Shown here piece by piece: positions 37,734 to 47,835 of a DNA stretch of 64,000 nucleotides. The DNA comes from Candidatus Gastranaerophilales bacterium (lineage in GTDB: Bacteria; Cyanobacteriota; Vampirovibrionia; Gastranaerophilales; Gastranaerophilaceae): positions 2,020 to 66,019 of the forward strand of contig JAEEHV010000038.1 of assembly GCA_016280955.1 (NCBI GenBank), in the 5' to 3' direction. Under the pieces are notes generated by a model. It made no database searches, had not been told where the DNA came from, and saw nothing but the letters and a program-made list of their open reading frames with translations. Both the position numbers and the translations under genes were made by a program. The first letter of the stretch is position 1, and each line of letters starts with the position of its first letter.

Positions 37734-38444
37734 ATGAAAAGATTCATAGCAATAGTTTTCATATTAGCATTTTCACTGACTTGCGTTTTTGCGGAAGAAC
37801 AGGTTAAAGAAACGTATAAAATTGACGGTCAAATTAAATATGATGACAATTTAATTGAGACAATATATCTTGATACGGATATTGAAAAACCTGAGGTTAA
37901 TATTCCTCAACACACGTTAACTTTGCCTGCAGATACCTTAAATATCACATCAAATGCAAATACCAAAAGAAGTGCTTTGGCTCGTGCCATGATAATGAAA
38001 AATACTCTGGGTGACATTTTGCCGCTTACTGCAAGTGTTTATACTCAGTCAGGCGGTTTTAGTTACGGTTCCAGATACGGGGAAGAATTATCACATTCCC
38101 AAATAGAATCTACGGCATCTTTTTTTTTGCGGTATGACAGTCTGAAGCATTTTTCAATAGAAACAGCCCTCAGACAATCGGCAAACAGAGAACTTGAAGA
38201 CAGCCAGTGGAGTACTATTAAAATATCACCGGAGTGGCATATTACGGACAAATTGACCTTTAAGGATTCTTTTTCAAATTATGTAAGGTCACAAAAAAAT
38301 AAAAATGAATTAACGTTAGTATATAAACCATCTCTCAAAAAGTATGCCGATTCGTTAAAGTTTGAGTTGAGTGTTGCACAGTCATATTATGCAAATGGCA
38401 ATACATCACAAAGTGTCAGTTTTTCATCAGGTTTTAAGTTATAG
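37734..38444 (+). CDS. exported protein, probable outer-membrane beta-barrel
   Basis: Signal peptide; alternating beta-strand pattern ending SFSSGFKL. Confidence 0.6.
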   Translation: MKRFIAIVFILAFSLTCVFAEEQVKETYKIDGQIKYDDNLIETIYLDTDIEKPEVNIPQHTLTLPADTLNITSNANTKRSALARAMIMKNTLGDILPLTASVYTQSGGFSYGSRYGEELSHSQIESTASFFLRYDSLKHFSIETALRQSANRELEDSQWSTIKISPEWHITDKLTFKDSFSNYVRSQKNKNELTLVYKPSLKKYADSLKFELSVAQSYYANGNTSQSVSFSSGFKL

Positions 38445-38447
38445 AAA

Positions 38448-38882
38448 ATGTTTAACAGAAATAAGAATAAAAGACGTGTAATAAATATAAATGATGCTGC
38501 GGAGCAGGAGCAAAAACAAAAAAGTGTCAAAAAGTCTTCAACTCCGGGTAAGGGATTTTATTATTCTTTTTTGACCATAGTTCTTTTGCTATGTCTGGTT
38601 CAGATTACGATAAGTGCCGTTCTGAATATTTCCAAGGTTATATCATACAAAGCCAAAATTATACAGATTACAAAAACAAGAGATGCTGCACTTTCTCTCA
38701 ATGACCAGCTAAAGGATAATATTAAAAACTTTTCGAATGTAAACGGTCTTGAGGCAATCGCAAGAAATAATCTTAAAATGTCAAGCGAAGACGAAGTGCT
38801 TATTATTATAAATACCCCTCAGGATGAAGAAATTGTTAAGCCTGATAAAACTAATTTGTTTGGAATTCTGAAAAACAGATAA
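38448..38882 (+). CDS. FtsB/DivIC-like septum formation initiator
   Basis: One TM helix, coiled coil, LEAIARNNLKM...DE motif. Confidence 0.75.
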   Translation: MFNRNKNKRRVININDAAEQEQKQKSVKKSSTPGKGFYYSFLTIVLLLCLVQITISAVLNISKVISYKAKIIQITKTRDAALSLNDQLKDNIKNFSNVNGLEAIARNNLKMSSEDEVLIIINTPQDEEIVKPDKTNLFGILKNR

Positions 38883-38983
38883 AACATTAACATATTAAAA
38901 AAGCACTATTCAAATCTTATGTTTTGTGTTAATAAATTGTAACAAATCGGCAATTTTGAATACCGGAAGGTTTTTATATATAT

Positions 38984-41758
38984 ATGGTTATGAAAGTAAC
39001 AGGTGTTAATAATCTCTTTTTCAGAGGTAATACTCCGGTATTGCCCGATAATACCGCTATGCAAAAAAAACAAAAGGATGTTAAAGAGCTTGGCTATGTA
39101 ACTCCGGATTTTAATGTCAAAATGCCGGTGAAGTACACTCCGACAGGAGTACATAAGATTCAGAACGGTCTTGAACTTTATACATACAGACTGTCAAACG
39201 GCTATAAAGTCAGTATTGTTCCGATGGAAGGTTCTCCGGCTGTTGTTAAAACTTATGTCAATGTGGGTTCAATGAATGAAACACACAACATCAAAGGTAT
39301 TAGTCATTTTTTGGAGCACATGGCATTTAACGGAACCAACGGTAATGACGGTCATATTGAACTGAAAACGGGCGACTCTTTTAAAAAGATAGATGAAATG
39401 GGCGGATGGGCTAATGCCAGTACCAATTATGCAATTACAGATTATGTCAATTCAACTCCGCAGCTTGACAGCAAGGATTTGGAAACTCAGATAAAAGTTA
39501 TAGCTGCAATGGCAGAAGATATGAAACTGTCGGAAGAAATGATTAAAAAAGAAAAAGGTCCTGTTTCTTCCGAGATAAATATGATTATGGATGATCCGGA
39601 CACAATAGCAATCGATCAAACCGTCAGAACATTATTTAATATTAAAAATCCGGCTGACGAACTTGTAGGCGGAAGTGTTGAACATATTCAAAATCTGACA
39701 CAGCAGGATGTTGTGGATTATTATGATAAATATTACACACCTGATAATACAAATATTGTTATAACCGGAGATGTAAATCCTGATGAAGTAATTGAACTTA
39801 TTTCAAAAAATTTTACTTCAAACAAGGTAAGCCGTGGTAAGAAATTCGAAGAAAGACTTAATCCGATAACAAAAACCGTCAGAAAAGATTTTATATCGGA
39901 TAAAGCTTCCGGTGCAAGTATGGTTTTAGGTTTTGCAGGACCTGTAAATACTGACACAAGGGATAATATTTTATACAGTGTTGTAGGAGAATATATCAAT
40001 TTGGAAAGCTCGGGACTAATAAGAAATCTGAACAAATATAATGCAGATTGCAGTCTCGACAGCCAAAAAATATCAACAAACCCCAACAGTCCACGTATGA
40101 TAAGCATGTTTATTACGTCATCCGAAAAAAATTCAGAAAATGCTCTAAACACTGTTCTGAATACCATAGCTTCATTAAAACCGATTGATGAAGAAACATT
40201 AAATCAAATTCGTGAAAGAATAAAATCTAAAATGGAAAGTAATTTGGAACATTCGGATACGGTAAATGATTTCATAGGTAATTCAATGCTGGATAATGAT
40301 ATGGATTATGCAACAAAGTATAATGAAATACTTGATTCATTAACACCGGAAGAAGCGAATACCGCACTAAAGAAATTTTTTGATATAAATAAAACGGCGA
40401 TAACTGTTGTTCATCCTCCAAAACAAACAGACAATATTTCATTTAAAGGAAACAGAATCCCAATCGAAAAATCCAAAATATCAAAAGAAACAACTCAAAA
40501 TAATTATGATTTGGCTTTTTATGATACAAAAAGCCAAAAAGTAAATCTTAAAATAGAACTGGATGCAAAAGAACCTTTTGTCGGCAAACCGGGTTTAAGT
40601 TTGGTATTAAACGAAATATACCGCAAAGGAACTCTTAAAAATTCAGAAAAAGATTTTTATGATTATCTTGATAAAAATAATATAAATGCAAGTGTATCGC
40701 CATGTGTTTCCGGACTCTCAATTTCTGCCGGCGGCAGAGGGGATAAATACAAATTGGCACTGGAAAAAGCAAAAGAACTTTTGTATTACCCGAATATTAC
40801 GGAAGAAACCCTGAAAGCTGCAATTGAAACAGTAAAAGATAATTTTGAACAAAAACAGGATTCTTCATCTTCTCTTTACTTTAATTATGAATCACAGAAT
40901 CTTCCGTACTATTTTACCGATGAGGAAATAAAAAAATCTTTGGACAGTATTACGGTAGATGATGTCAAGAGCATGCACAAATACCTTTTGGAAAACAGTA
41001 CAGGAGTTGCAGCGGTAAACCTTCCTTCAGGAAAAGAAGCTGAGGTTAAAAACTACGTGACTGATTTTATAAGCGGCTTAGATACTGTTAAACCAAATGA
41101 ATATAGCAGGTATATGTATTATAAACCCACAGAAAAGACTACAGTTTTGACGAAAGCAAATAACAATTCTCAGGCAGACATAAAGCAGACATTTAAGTTT
41201 GAGGCAGATGATGATATTAAAGAAATTGTGTCCGGCAAAATTGCAAACCTGATTCTTTCAAGTTCAAGTATAGGTTTGTTTGATAATTTACGCGAAAAAG
41301 AAAATCTTGCATATTCGGTATATTCCAGCCTTGAAAAGGAAGGAAATATCGGCGAATTGTCATTAAACATTCTGACTACAACCGATAATAAAGAGATCGG
41401 GGAATACAGTTATGATAATGTACAAAAATCAATAAACGGATTTAACCGTCAGATAGGAGAACTTCTTAACGGTAACTTTACAGAGCAGGATTTAGAAAAT
41501 GCCAAACGTTCTATTAAAGCATCATTACTTAATAATGAGGGAAATTATCCAAAATTACATTCACTTATTATGGGAATGGAATCAAAATACGGAATAGATT
41601 ATAAAAATAAAATTTATGACGAAGTTGATAAAATAACCAAGGAAGACATAACTAAGTTTGCAAAAAAAGTATTTACGCAAAAACCTGTTTATACAATAGT
41701 TTGCTCTCAGGATACACTTGATGCTAACAAAGAATTTTTAAAGCAGCTGGAAAAATAA
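38984..41758 (+). CDS. M16 family zinc metallopeptidase
   Basis: VGS.NE....GISHFLEH (HxxEH), NAST, EKG.V..E; duplicated two-half architecture. Real start may be 38990. Confidence 0.92.
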   Translation: MVMKVTGVNNLFFRGNTPVLPDNTAMQKKQKDVKELGYVTPDFNVKMPVKYTPTGVHKIQNGLELYTYRLSNGYKVSIVPMEGSPAVVKTYVNVGSMNETHNIKGISHFLEHMAFNGTNGNDGHIELKTGDSFKKIDEMGGWANASTNYAITDYVNSTPQLDSKDLETQIKVIAAMAEDMKLSEEMIKKEKGPVSSEINMIMDDPDTIAIDQTVRTLFNIKNPADELVGGSVEHIQNLTQQDVVDYYDKYYTPDNTNIVITGDVNPDEVIELISKNFTSNKVSRGKKFEERLNPITKTVRKDFISDKASGASMVLGFAGPVNTDTRDNILYSVVGEYINLESSGLIRNLNKYNADCSLDSQKISTNPNSPRMISMFITSSEKNSENALNTVLNTIASLKPIDEETLNQIRERIKSKMESNLEHSDTVNDFIGNSMLDNDMDYATKYNEILDSLTPEEANTALKKFFDINKTAITVVHPPKQTDNISFKGNRIPIEKSKISKETTQNNYDLAFYDTKSQKVNLKIELDAKEPFVGKPGLSLVLNEIYRKGTLKNSEKDFYDYLDKNNINASVSPCVSGLSISAGGRGDKYKLALEKAKELLYYPNITEETLKAAIETVKDNFEQKQDSSSSLYFNYESQNLPYYFTDEEIKKSLDSITVDDVKSMHKYLLENSTGVAAVNLPSGKEAEVKNYVTDFISGLDTVKPNEYSRYMYYKPTEKTTVLTKANNNSQADIKQTFKFEADDDIKEIVSGKIANLILSSSSIGLFDNLREKENLAYSVYSSLEKEGNIGELSLNILTTTDNKEIGEYSYDNVQKSINGFNRQIGELLNGNFTEQDLENAKRSIKASLLNNEGNYPKLHSLIMGMESKYGIDYKNKIYDEVDKITKEDITKFAKKVFTQKPVYTIVCSQDTLDANKEFLKQLEK

Positions 41759-41761
41759 AAT

Positions 41762-42826
41762 TTACCTTCTGATTTCAGACTTTGGATCCAGAAAATCTCT
41801 TATTGCATCACCCAAAATATTAAAAGATAAAACCGCAATAAATATAAGTCCGCCAGGAGTTAACAGCCATGGGCGATATAATATATTTGTAAATTCCTGA
41901 GCTTCTTTAAGCATATTACCCCAGCTTGCATCAGGCTGCTGGATTCCCAAACCTAAAAAGCTTAATCCCGATTCAGCCAGAATATATGACGGCACACTTA
42001 AAGTCATTGCTATGATGACGTAACTTGTTGTCTGAGGAAGTATGTGTTTAAGTATGATTCTCCACTTTGAAGCACCTAGAACTTTTGCAGCCTGAACAAA
42101 TTCTTCTTCTTTTATCGACAACACCATCCCCCGGACAACACGGGCAAATCCCGCCCAGCCGATAAGAGCCAGAATTACGACAATTAGTGCAAACCTCTGC
42201 ACACTTGTCATTCCTGCAGGAAGAATGGCTGCAAGAATTATAAGCAGATAAAAACTCGGTATAGCCATAACTGCTTCGGCAAATCTCATCATCAGTGTAT
42301 CAATAAATCCGCCTATATATCCGGAAAGCCCTCCGTACAATAATCCTATCGGGAAAACAATAAGTAATGCAAGGAAACCTACTGTCATAGATATTCTTCC
42401 GCCAAAAAGAAGTCTGGAAAATACATCTCTGCCGTTTATATCGGTACCGAGAAGATATAATTGTCCACCCTTTTCCGTTCCGAATAAATGTCTGTGCGTC
42501 GGTATAATACCAAGGAATTTATATTTTTCTGCTTTAGGAAGTAACCTTATATAATATTTTTTTGTTCTGTCCTGTTTAAAAACCGTTTGCATAAGGTTTT
42601 CATCGTATTGTCTTACATAATTATATGTGTATGGTAACGATAAATGACCGTTTTCGTCAATTGTATAAATATTAGAAGGTGGTGCGTATGCAAGTTCTCT
42701 GTTTGAATAAGAACTTGAATACGGAGCAATAAAATCGGCAAATAAAATTATCAGATAAAGTGCTGCGAGTATTATAAATGCCGCTTTTGCAAATTTGTCA
42801 TTCCATATTTTTTTCAGGAGGTTCAT
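41762..42826 (-). CDS. peptide/nickel ABC transporter permease (OppC/DppC-like)
   Basis: LGTD..GRDVFSRL..G.R.S and EEFV.AAK.LGA motifs. Confidence 0.92.
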   Translation of the reverse strand: MNLLKKIWNDKFAKAAFIILAALYLIILFADFIAPYSSSYSNRELAYAPPSNIYTIDENGHLSLPYTYNYVRQYDENLMQTVFKQDRTKKYYIRLLPKAEKYKFLGIIPTHRHLFGTEKGGQLYLLGTDINGRDVFSRLLFGGRISMTVGFLALLIVFPIGLLYGGLSGYIGGFIDTLMMRFAEAVMAIPSFYLLIILAAILPAGMTSVQRFALIVVILALIGWAGFARVVRGMVLSIKEEEFVQAAKVLGASKWRIILKHILPQTTSYVIIAMTLSVPSYILAESGLSFLGLGIQQPDASWGNMLKEAQEFTNILYRPWLLTPGGLIFIAVLSFNILGDAIRDFLDPKSEIRR

Positions 42827-43807
42827 TTATACATCCTCCTGTGATTTTCTTGTTCTCGGGTCTGTCAGCATAAGCAGAATATCAGCCAGTAAATTACCTG
42901 TAATTAGCATAACCGTTCCCATCATTAATGATGCCATTACAAGATTAATATCCGATTTCATTACTGCTTCAAGTATAAGCCGTCCTAAACCGGGGTACTG
43001 AAAAACGTATTCTGTCAAAGCTGCACCGCTTAACAATCCTGCAAATTCAAAGCCCAGAAGTGTTATCATAGGATTGATTGCATTTCTGAGAGCATGTTTA
43101 AAAATAACCTTAAACTCACTAAGTCCTTTTGCTCTTGCAAATTTAACATAATCACTATCCAAAACCTCAAGCATATTTGCTCTCATTTGTCTTTGCAGTC
43201 CTGATAGAGAAATTGCATATAAAACAGTTACCGGAAGAACAAGGTGTTTTGTTATATCAATAAATTTACCCCAAAAACTGAGTTCATTATAATAATAACT
43301 TGTAAGCCCTCCAACCGGAAACCATCCGGTTTTAACCGCAAACATAAGCATAAGAATCGCAAAGAAAAAAGAAGGTATTGCCATTCCGATACTGGATAGC
43401 ACGGTTAGTGTCCTGTCAAAAACGTTCCCCTTGTTTATTGCAGCAAGGATACCAATCGGAATCCCTGATAACCAGGTTAAAAGAATAACAACAGAAGTTA
43501 AAAGAAGTGTGTTTGGAATTCTTTCTTTAAGTTTGACAGATACTTTTTCGCCTGAGGCGGTGTATCCCAAATCACCTTTTATAAATGATTTTGCCCATGA
43601 AGCATACTGTATATATATGGGCTTATCAAGTTTTAACCGTTTTATTTCTTTTTGCAGAGTTTCTTCCGAAATGGAAGGATTAAGACGCAGCTCCGCAAGC
43701 GGATCAATTGGTGCCAGTCTGATTATAAAGAAACTTATAATTGACACTATTATTAAAAGCGGTATTACCTGTAATATTCTTTTTGTTATATATTTAGTCA
43801 AATTCAT
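42827..43807 (-). CDS. peptide/nickel ABC transporter permease (OppB/DppB-like)
   Basis: DYVKFARAKGL...V..KHALRNA, E.VF.YPGLG; start at ATG 43807, coupled to the upstream stop. Confidence 0.92.
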   Translation of the reverse strand: MNLTKYITKRILQVIPLLIIVSIISFFIIRLAPIDPLAELRLNPSISEETLQKEIKRLKLDKPIYIQYASWAKSFIKGDLGYTASGEKVSVKLKERIPNTLLLTSVVILLTWLSGIPIGILAAINKGNVFDRTLTVLSSIGMAIPSFFFAILMLMFAVKTGWFPVGGLTSYYYNELSFWGKFIDITKHLVLPVTVLYAISLSGLQRQMRANMLEVLDSDYVKFARAKGLSEFKVIFKHALRNAINPMITLLGFEFAGLLSGAALTEYVFQYPGLGRLILEAVMKSDINLVMASLMMGTVMLITGNLLADILLMLTDPRTRKSQEDV

Positions 43808-45672
43808 TATTTCCCGCTCCTTGTGTTTTCTTTTACGGGACAACCCGAATCAATATATATTTCATCTAAATTGTATAAAATTCCGCTTAACCGTGTCGGA
43901 AAAATATTTTTAATTTTTTTTCTTATTGCGGAAATTCTTGTCGGAGAATATAAGTAAATGATAGGATTTTCTTCATAAATTATTTCCTGATACCTGTCAT
44001 AAACGGGTTTTCTTTCGGAATAAGTCAGTTTTAAAGCACCCTGTTCAAAAATTGTATCAAGTTCTTTTTCCCATTCTAATCTGTCGTCCGTATTATCTTT
44101 TGAATCTCTCATATTAAACATGTGCAGAGGACCTCTTGATGCCCAGACATTTATGCCGTCATGAGGCTCTAACGGAGAACCGGTAAGTCCCATTATAGCC
44201 ATATCCCAGTCATAAGTTTTTGTTAATTTGTTAACAAGAGAGTTAAACTCGATAGGCTTAAAATTAACCTTTATTCCGAGTTCTTCGAGGTCTTGCTTAA
44301 TCATTACACCGATAGCTTCTCTTTCAAGGTTTCCGGCATTAGTGTACAAATCAAATTCTACAAGATTCCCGTTTTTATCATATAACCTGCCGTATTTTTG
44401 TTCAAATCCCTCTTTTTGAAGCAGTTCTTTGGCTAATTTTATGTTTTGGGGATGTCCTTTTATATTTTTATTCAGATAAATTGAATTTAAGCTTTCAGCT
44501 GTAAACAGAGGTTCTGCAACACCAAATGCAATATTCTGAACCATATTTTTTCTGTCAATAGCATAATCAACGGCACTTCTGAAGTTTTTATTTTGGAACC
44601 ATTTTTGCTTAACCGGATTTATATACGGTTTTCCCTCTTTATTTGTTCTGTTGTTGAGATTTATTACGACAAACAGAGTGCCCGTGCTTGCCCCGAGATT
44701 GTATATAGCATAATCGGAGTTTTGTTCCTGCTGTTTATACCGGGCAACATTATCTCCTTTTAAATCAATAACGTCAATCTCTTTAGCTTCAAATTTCAGA
44801 ATTTGGTTATTAGTGTCACCGATTATTAAAAATACCAGTTTATTTATATACGGAAGTTTTTCATTATTCAGATTGATTTTATAATAATTTGGATTTCTCT
44901 CAAAAACCACTCTTTGTGCGGCAACATACTCTTTAAGTATAAATGCTCCGTTTGATACAATTGTTGACGGTTTGGTATTCGGATTTAAAAATGCATCAAA
45001 TGCGGAAGCTCCTTTATCTGAATATGGTTTAAAGTAATGTTTTGGCACAATAGGATAAGACAGTTGTCTTAAAAAAGGTGCAAACGGTTTTGAGGTAGTG
45101 AATTTAACGGTATAATTATCAATTTTGGTAAGCTTGGGAAGCTCTCCGTTAATCATCATTGCATACATTGCGGATGGATTCCCGAGCCCTTTGAAAACAA
45201 TTTCCTCATATGTATAAATAACATCGTCTGCAGTAATAGGTTTTCCGTCAGTCCACTTTAGTCCTTTTCGGAGATAAATATAATAATCATTTCCTTCAAT
45301 ATGAAAAGCTTCTGCAAGCTGCGGCATAACTTCTCCTGTAGCGGGGTGAGTGCTTACAAGACCGTCATACATCAGGCCTGCCATTTCGGACGAAGTTGCA
45401 TCTTTTGAGTTGCAGGGGTTAAAAGTTTTTGGACCTTCCCCGATAGTTGATATTACCAATTCTCCGCCGAATTTTCCTACCGGTGCCTGAGATTGTATAT
45501 AATGAACTCCGTTTATTGTTACATTTTTATTTTTGTTTGGGTACGTAAATTCTTTTTTTGTTTCCGATAAATTAATTTTGGTATCATTTTCCGGAATATC
45601 AGCTTTTATGCACCCTTTAATACAGAGTGCGAAAACAAAAAATATAATTATAATCCCTAAAATTTTCTTCAT
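43807..45672 (-). CDS. peptide ABC transporter substrate-binding protein (family 5)
   Basis: PKTFNP, PQLAE, LRKGLKWTDGKPITADDV, NGAF; lipoprotein-like signal from MKKIL at 45672. Confidence 0.92.
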   Translation of the reverse strand: MKKILGIIIIFFVFALCIKGCIKADIPENDTKINLSETKKEFTYPNKNKNVTINGVHYIQSQAPVGKFGGELVISTIGEGPKTFNPCNSKDATSSEMAGLMYDGLVSTHPATGEVMPQLAEAFHIEGNDYYIYLRKGLKWTDGKPITADDVIYTYEEIVFKGLGNPSAMYAMMINGELPKLTKIDNYTVKFTTSKPFAPFLRQLSYPIVPKHYFKPYSDKGASAFDAFLNPNTKPSTIVSNGAFILKEYVAAQRVVFERNPNYYKINLNNEKLPYINKLVFLIIGDTNNQILKFEAKEIDVIDLKGDNVARYKQQEQNSDYAIYNLGASTGTLFVVINLNNRTNKEGKPYINPVKQKWFQNKNFRSAVDYAIDRKNMVQNIAFGVAEPLFTAESLNSIYLNKNIKGHPQNIKLAKELLQKEGFEQKYGRLYDKNGNLVEFDLYTNAGNLEREAIGVMIKQDLEELGIKVNFKPIEFNSLVNKLTKTYDWDMAIMGLTGSPLEPHDGINVWASRGPLHMFNMRDSKDNTDDRLEWEKELDTIFEQGALKLTYSERKPVYDRYQEIIYEENPIIYLYSPTRISAIRKKIKNIFPTRLSGILYNLDEIYIDSGCPVKENTRSGK

Positions 45673-45767
45673 ATATATAAAATACCACATATATAAAAAT
45701 AAGTCTTAATTCTGTCGGGTAGTTTTATATACTGGAATTTTAAACAAAAGTATTGTAAAATAAGTTT

Positions 45768-46211
45768 ATGGATAAGATTAATCAAAACAGAATCAACAAC
45801 ATGTCATTTAACGGTACTCCAAAAGTTAATGAGGCAAATGTCGTGACAACAATGGAAGAACTCATAAAAACAATGGTCAAAAATATTCGCAGTTTGGCAG
45901 AAAACAACAACAGGGTGCCTGAATATGGCGATTTTTCTATTTTAGAAGAAAGATTTAAAAACATTAACAAAGATTTTTGTGTTGATGAATTTTGGCTTGA
46001 AATTATGCAGGCACCAAAGGGTGTTGAAAATTATCAGAAAAAAAGAGGACTAAAGTATTGTGCATCTAAACCGCACAGTGATACTGCCATGGAAATTATG
46101 ATTGCATCCGGTACTAAGCAGCATATCTTGGAACAGCTTGATAATCCTGCATTGGTTGAAGAATTAAAAGAATTATCAAAAAAACTTTCTGATAGTTTAA
46201 GAGATTTATAA
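45768..46211 (+). CDS. hypothetical protein with N-terminal NNxSFNG motif
   Basis: 147-aa ORF, no recognised domain. Confidence 0.7.
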   Translation: MDKINQNRINNMSFNGTPKVNEANVVTTMEELIKTMVKNIRSLAENNNRVPEYGDFSILEERFKNINKDFCVDEFWLEIMQAPKGVENYQKKRGLKYCASKPHSDTAMEIMIASGTKQHILEQLDNPALVEELKELSKKLSDSLRDL

Positions 46212-46235
46212 GAGTTTTAGGTTTATAATATATTT

Positions 46236-47144
46236 ATGAACAGAATTATTTTATGCGGATTAGGGGCTGTCGGACTCACTTTTGCTGTAAAGTTTGCACA
46301 AAAGTGCAACAGTTTCAGTGTTCTTGTTGATGAAGGACGGTTAGAAAGATATAAAAACAATCCGCCAATATTTAATGGTATTCCGCAGGAGTTCGATTAC
46401 ATATTGCCGTTTCAAAAGTTTGATGCGGATTTGATTATTATAGCAACGAAGGCATCCGGACTTGATTCTGCAATTGAAAATATTAAAAATTTTGTTTCTG
46501 AAAAAACCAGGATAATTTCTCTGATTAACGGAATATCCTCTGAAGAAAAAATATCTCAGGTTTATCCGCAGGCAAGAGTGTTAAAATCATATTTTATAGG
46601 TCATAGTGCCGTACGTGACGGAAATAATGTTACGCAAGACGGAGTCGGCGAAATTGTTACGGAAAAAGACGAGATTCTTCAAAAAATATTTGAGTTATCC
46701 GGTATCAGATATTCTGTAGCTGAGGATATAAATTACTCTTTGTGGCTTAAATATGTTTTTAATATTTTTTCAAATCAGACTTCTGCAATACTGGGTATGA
46801 CATTTGGTGAAATGAAAAAAAATAAGGAATTTATAGCATTTGCAAAAAAAATTGTTAATGAAATAAAGCCGATTGCAAAAGCTTACGGTGTAAATAATAC
46901 GGAAAAACTTGAAGAAGATGCACTTATTTCGTTAAACAAAATGTGTGATGAAGGTAAAACATCAATGCTTCAGGATATTCTTTCATTCAGAAAAACCGAG
47001 GTTGAAATTTTTTCGGGAGAGATTATTAAACTGGGGGAAAAATACGCAATACCAACACCATATAATAAAGTATTATATGATTTAATAAAGATAAAAGAGG
47101 AGCAAAATGAACATAGCATTCATACCGGTCAGGGGCGGAAGTAA
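46236..47144 (+). CDS. panE: 2-dehydropantoate 2-reductase
   Basis: GLGAVG, ATK, SLINGI, W.K...N, TSMLQD....RKTEVE..SG. Confidence 0.85.
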   Translation: MNRIILCGLGAVGLTFAVKFAQKCNSFSVLVDEGRLERYKNNPPIFNGIPQEFDYILPFQKFDADLIIIATKASGLDSAIENIKNFVSEKTRIISLINGISSEEKISQVYPQARVLKSYFIGHSAVRDGNNVTQDGVGEIVTEKDEILQKIFELSGIRYSVAEDINYSLWLKYVFNIFSNQTSAILGMTFGEMKKNKEFIAFAKKIVNEIKPIAKAYGVNNTEKLEEDALISLNKMCDEGKTSMLQDILSFRKTEVEIFSGEIIKLGEKYAIPTPYNKVLYDLIKIKEEQNEHSIHTGQGRK

Positions 47145-47784
47145 ATCTATTCCTATGAAAAATATACAGATTTTAAACGGGAAACCGCTTGTATATTGGA
47201 CTGCTTATGCGGCACAAAATTCAAATTGTATAGACAAAGTTATTATAGCAACGGATAGTTATGAAATAAAATCTGTAGTAAACGGTTTTTGTTTTTCAAA
47301 ACTTTCCGTTTATGACAGAGAAGAAAAAAATGCACAAGACAATTCTTCCACAGAAAGTGTAATGCTTGAATATATTGAAAAGAGTTCTTTAAAAGACAGT
47401 GATAAATTTTTTCTGATACAGGCAACTTCTCCTATGCTAAAGTCAGAACATATTGACGGTATGTATAAAAAATTCGTTGAAGAAAAACCGGATTCAATGT
47501 TTACCGGTGTCACTGAAAAACAATTCCACTGGACTTTTGAGGGGGACAATAATGTTAAACCTATAAATTATGATTATAAGAACCGCCCCAGAAGACAGGA
47601 TTTTGAAGGTATTTTTGCCGAAAACGGTGCGTGTTATATTAATACTGTCGGTAATATAAAACGTGACAGATGCAGATTATCCGGAAATATAGGTTTTTAT
47701 GAGATGCCTTTTTATACTTCTTATGAAATAGATGAACCGGCGGACTGGGTTGTAGTCAGTGCTTTAATGCAAAATTATAAATAA
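47107..47784 (+). CDS. neuA: acylneuraminate cytidylyltransferase (CMP-Neu5Ac synthetase family)
   Basis: IPVRGGSKSIPMKNI, QATSP, RPRRQD, ENG..Y, EIDE..DW. Confidence 0.88.
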   Translation: MNIAFIPVRGGSKSIPMKNIQILNGKPLVYWTAYAAQNSNCIDKVIIATDSYEIKSVVNGFCFSKLSVYDREEKNAQDNSSTESVMLEYIEKSSLKDSDKFFLIQATSPMLKSEHIDGMYKKFVEEKPDSMFTGVTEKQFHWTFEGDNNVKPINYDYKNRPRRQDFEGIFAENGACYINTVGNIKRDRCRLSGNIGFYEMPFYTSYEIDEPADWVVVSALMQNYK

Positions 47785-47835
47785 AGCAATTAAACCGCCC
47801 AAATTATTATTTTGACGTGTTTATCCAACTGTATA

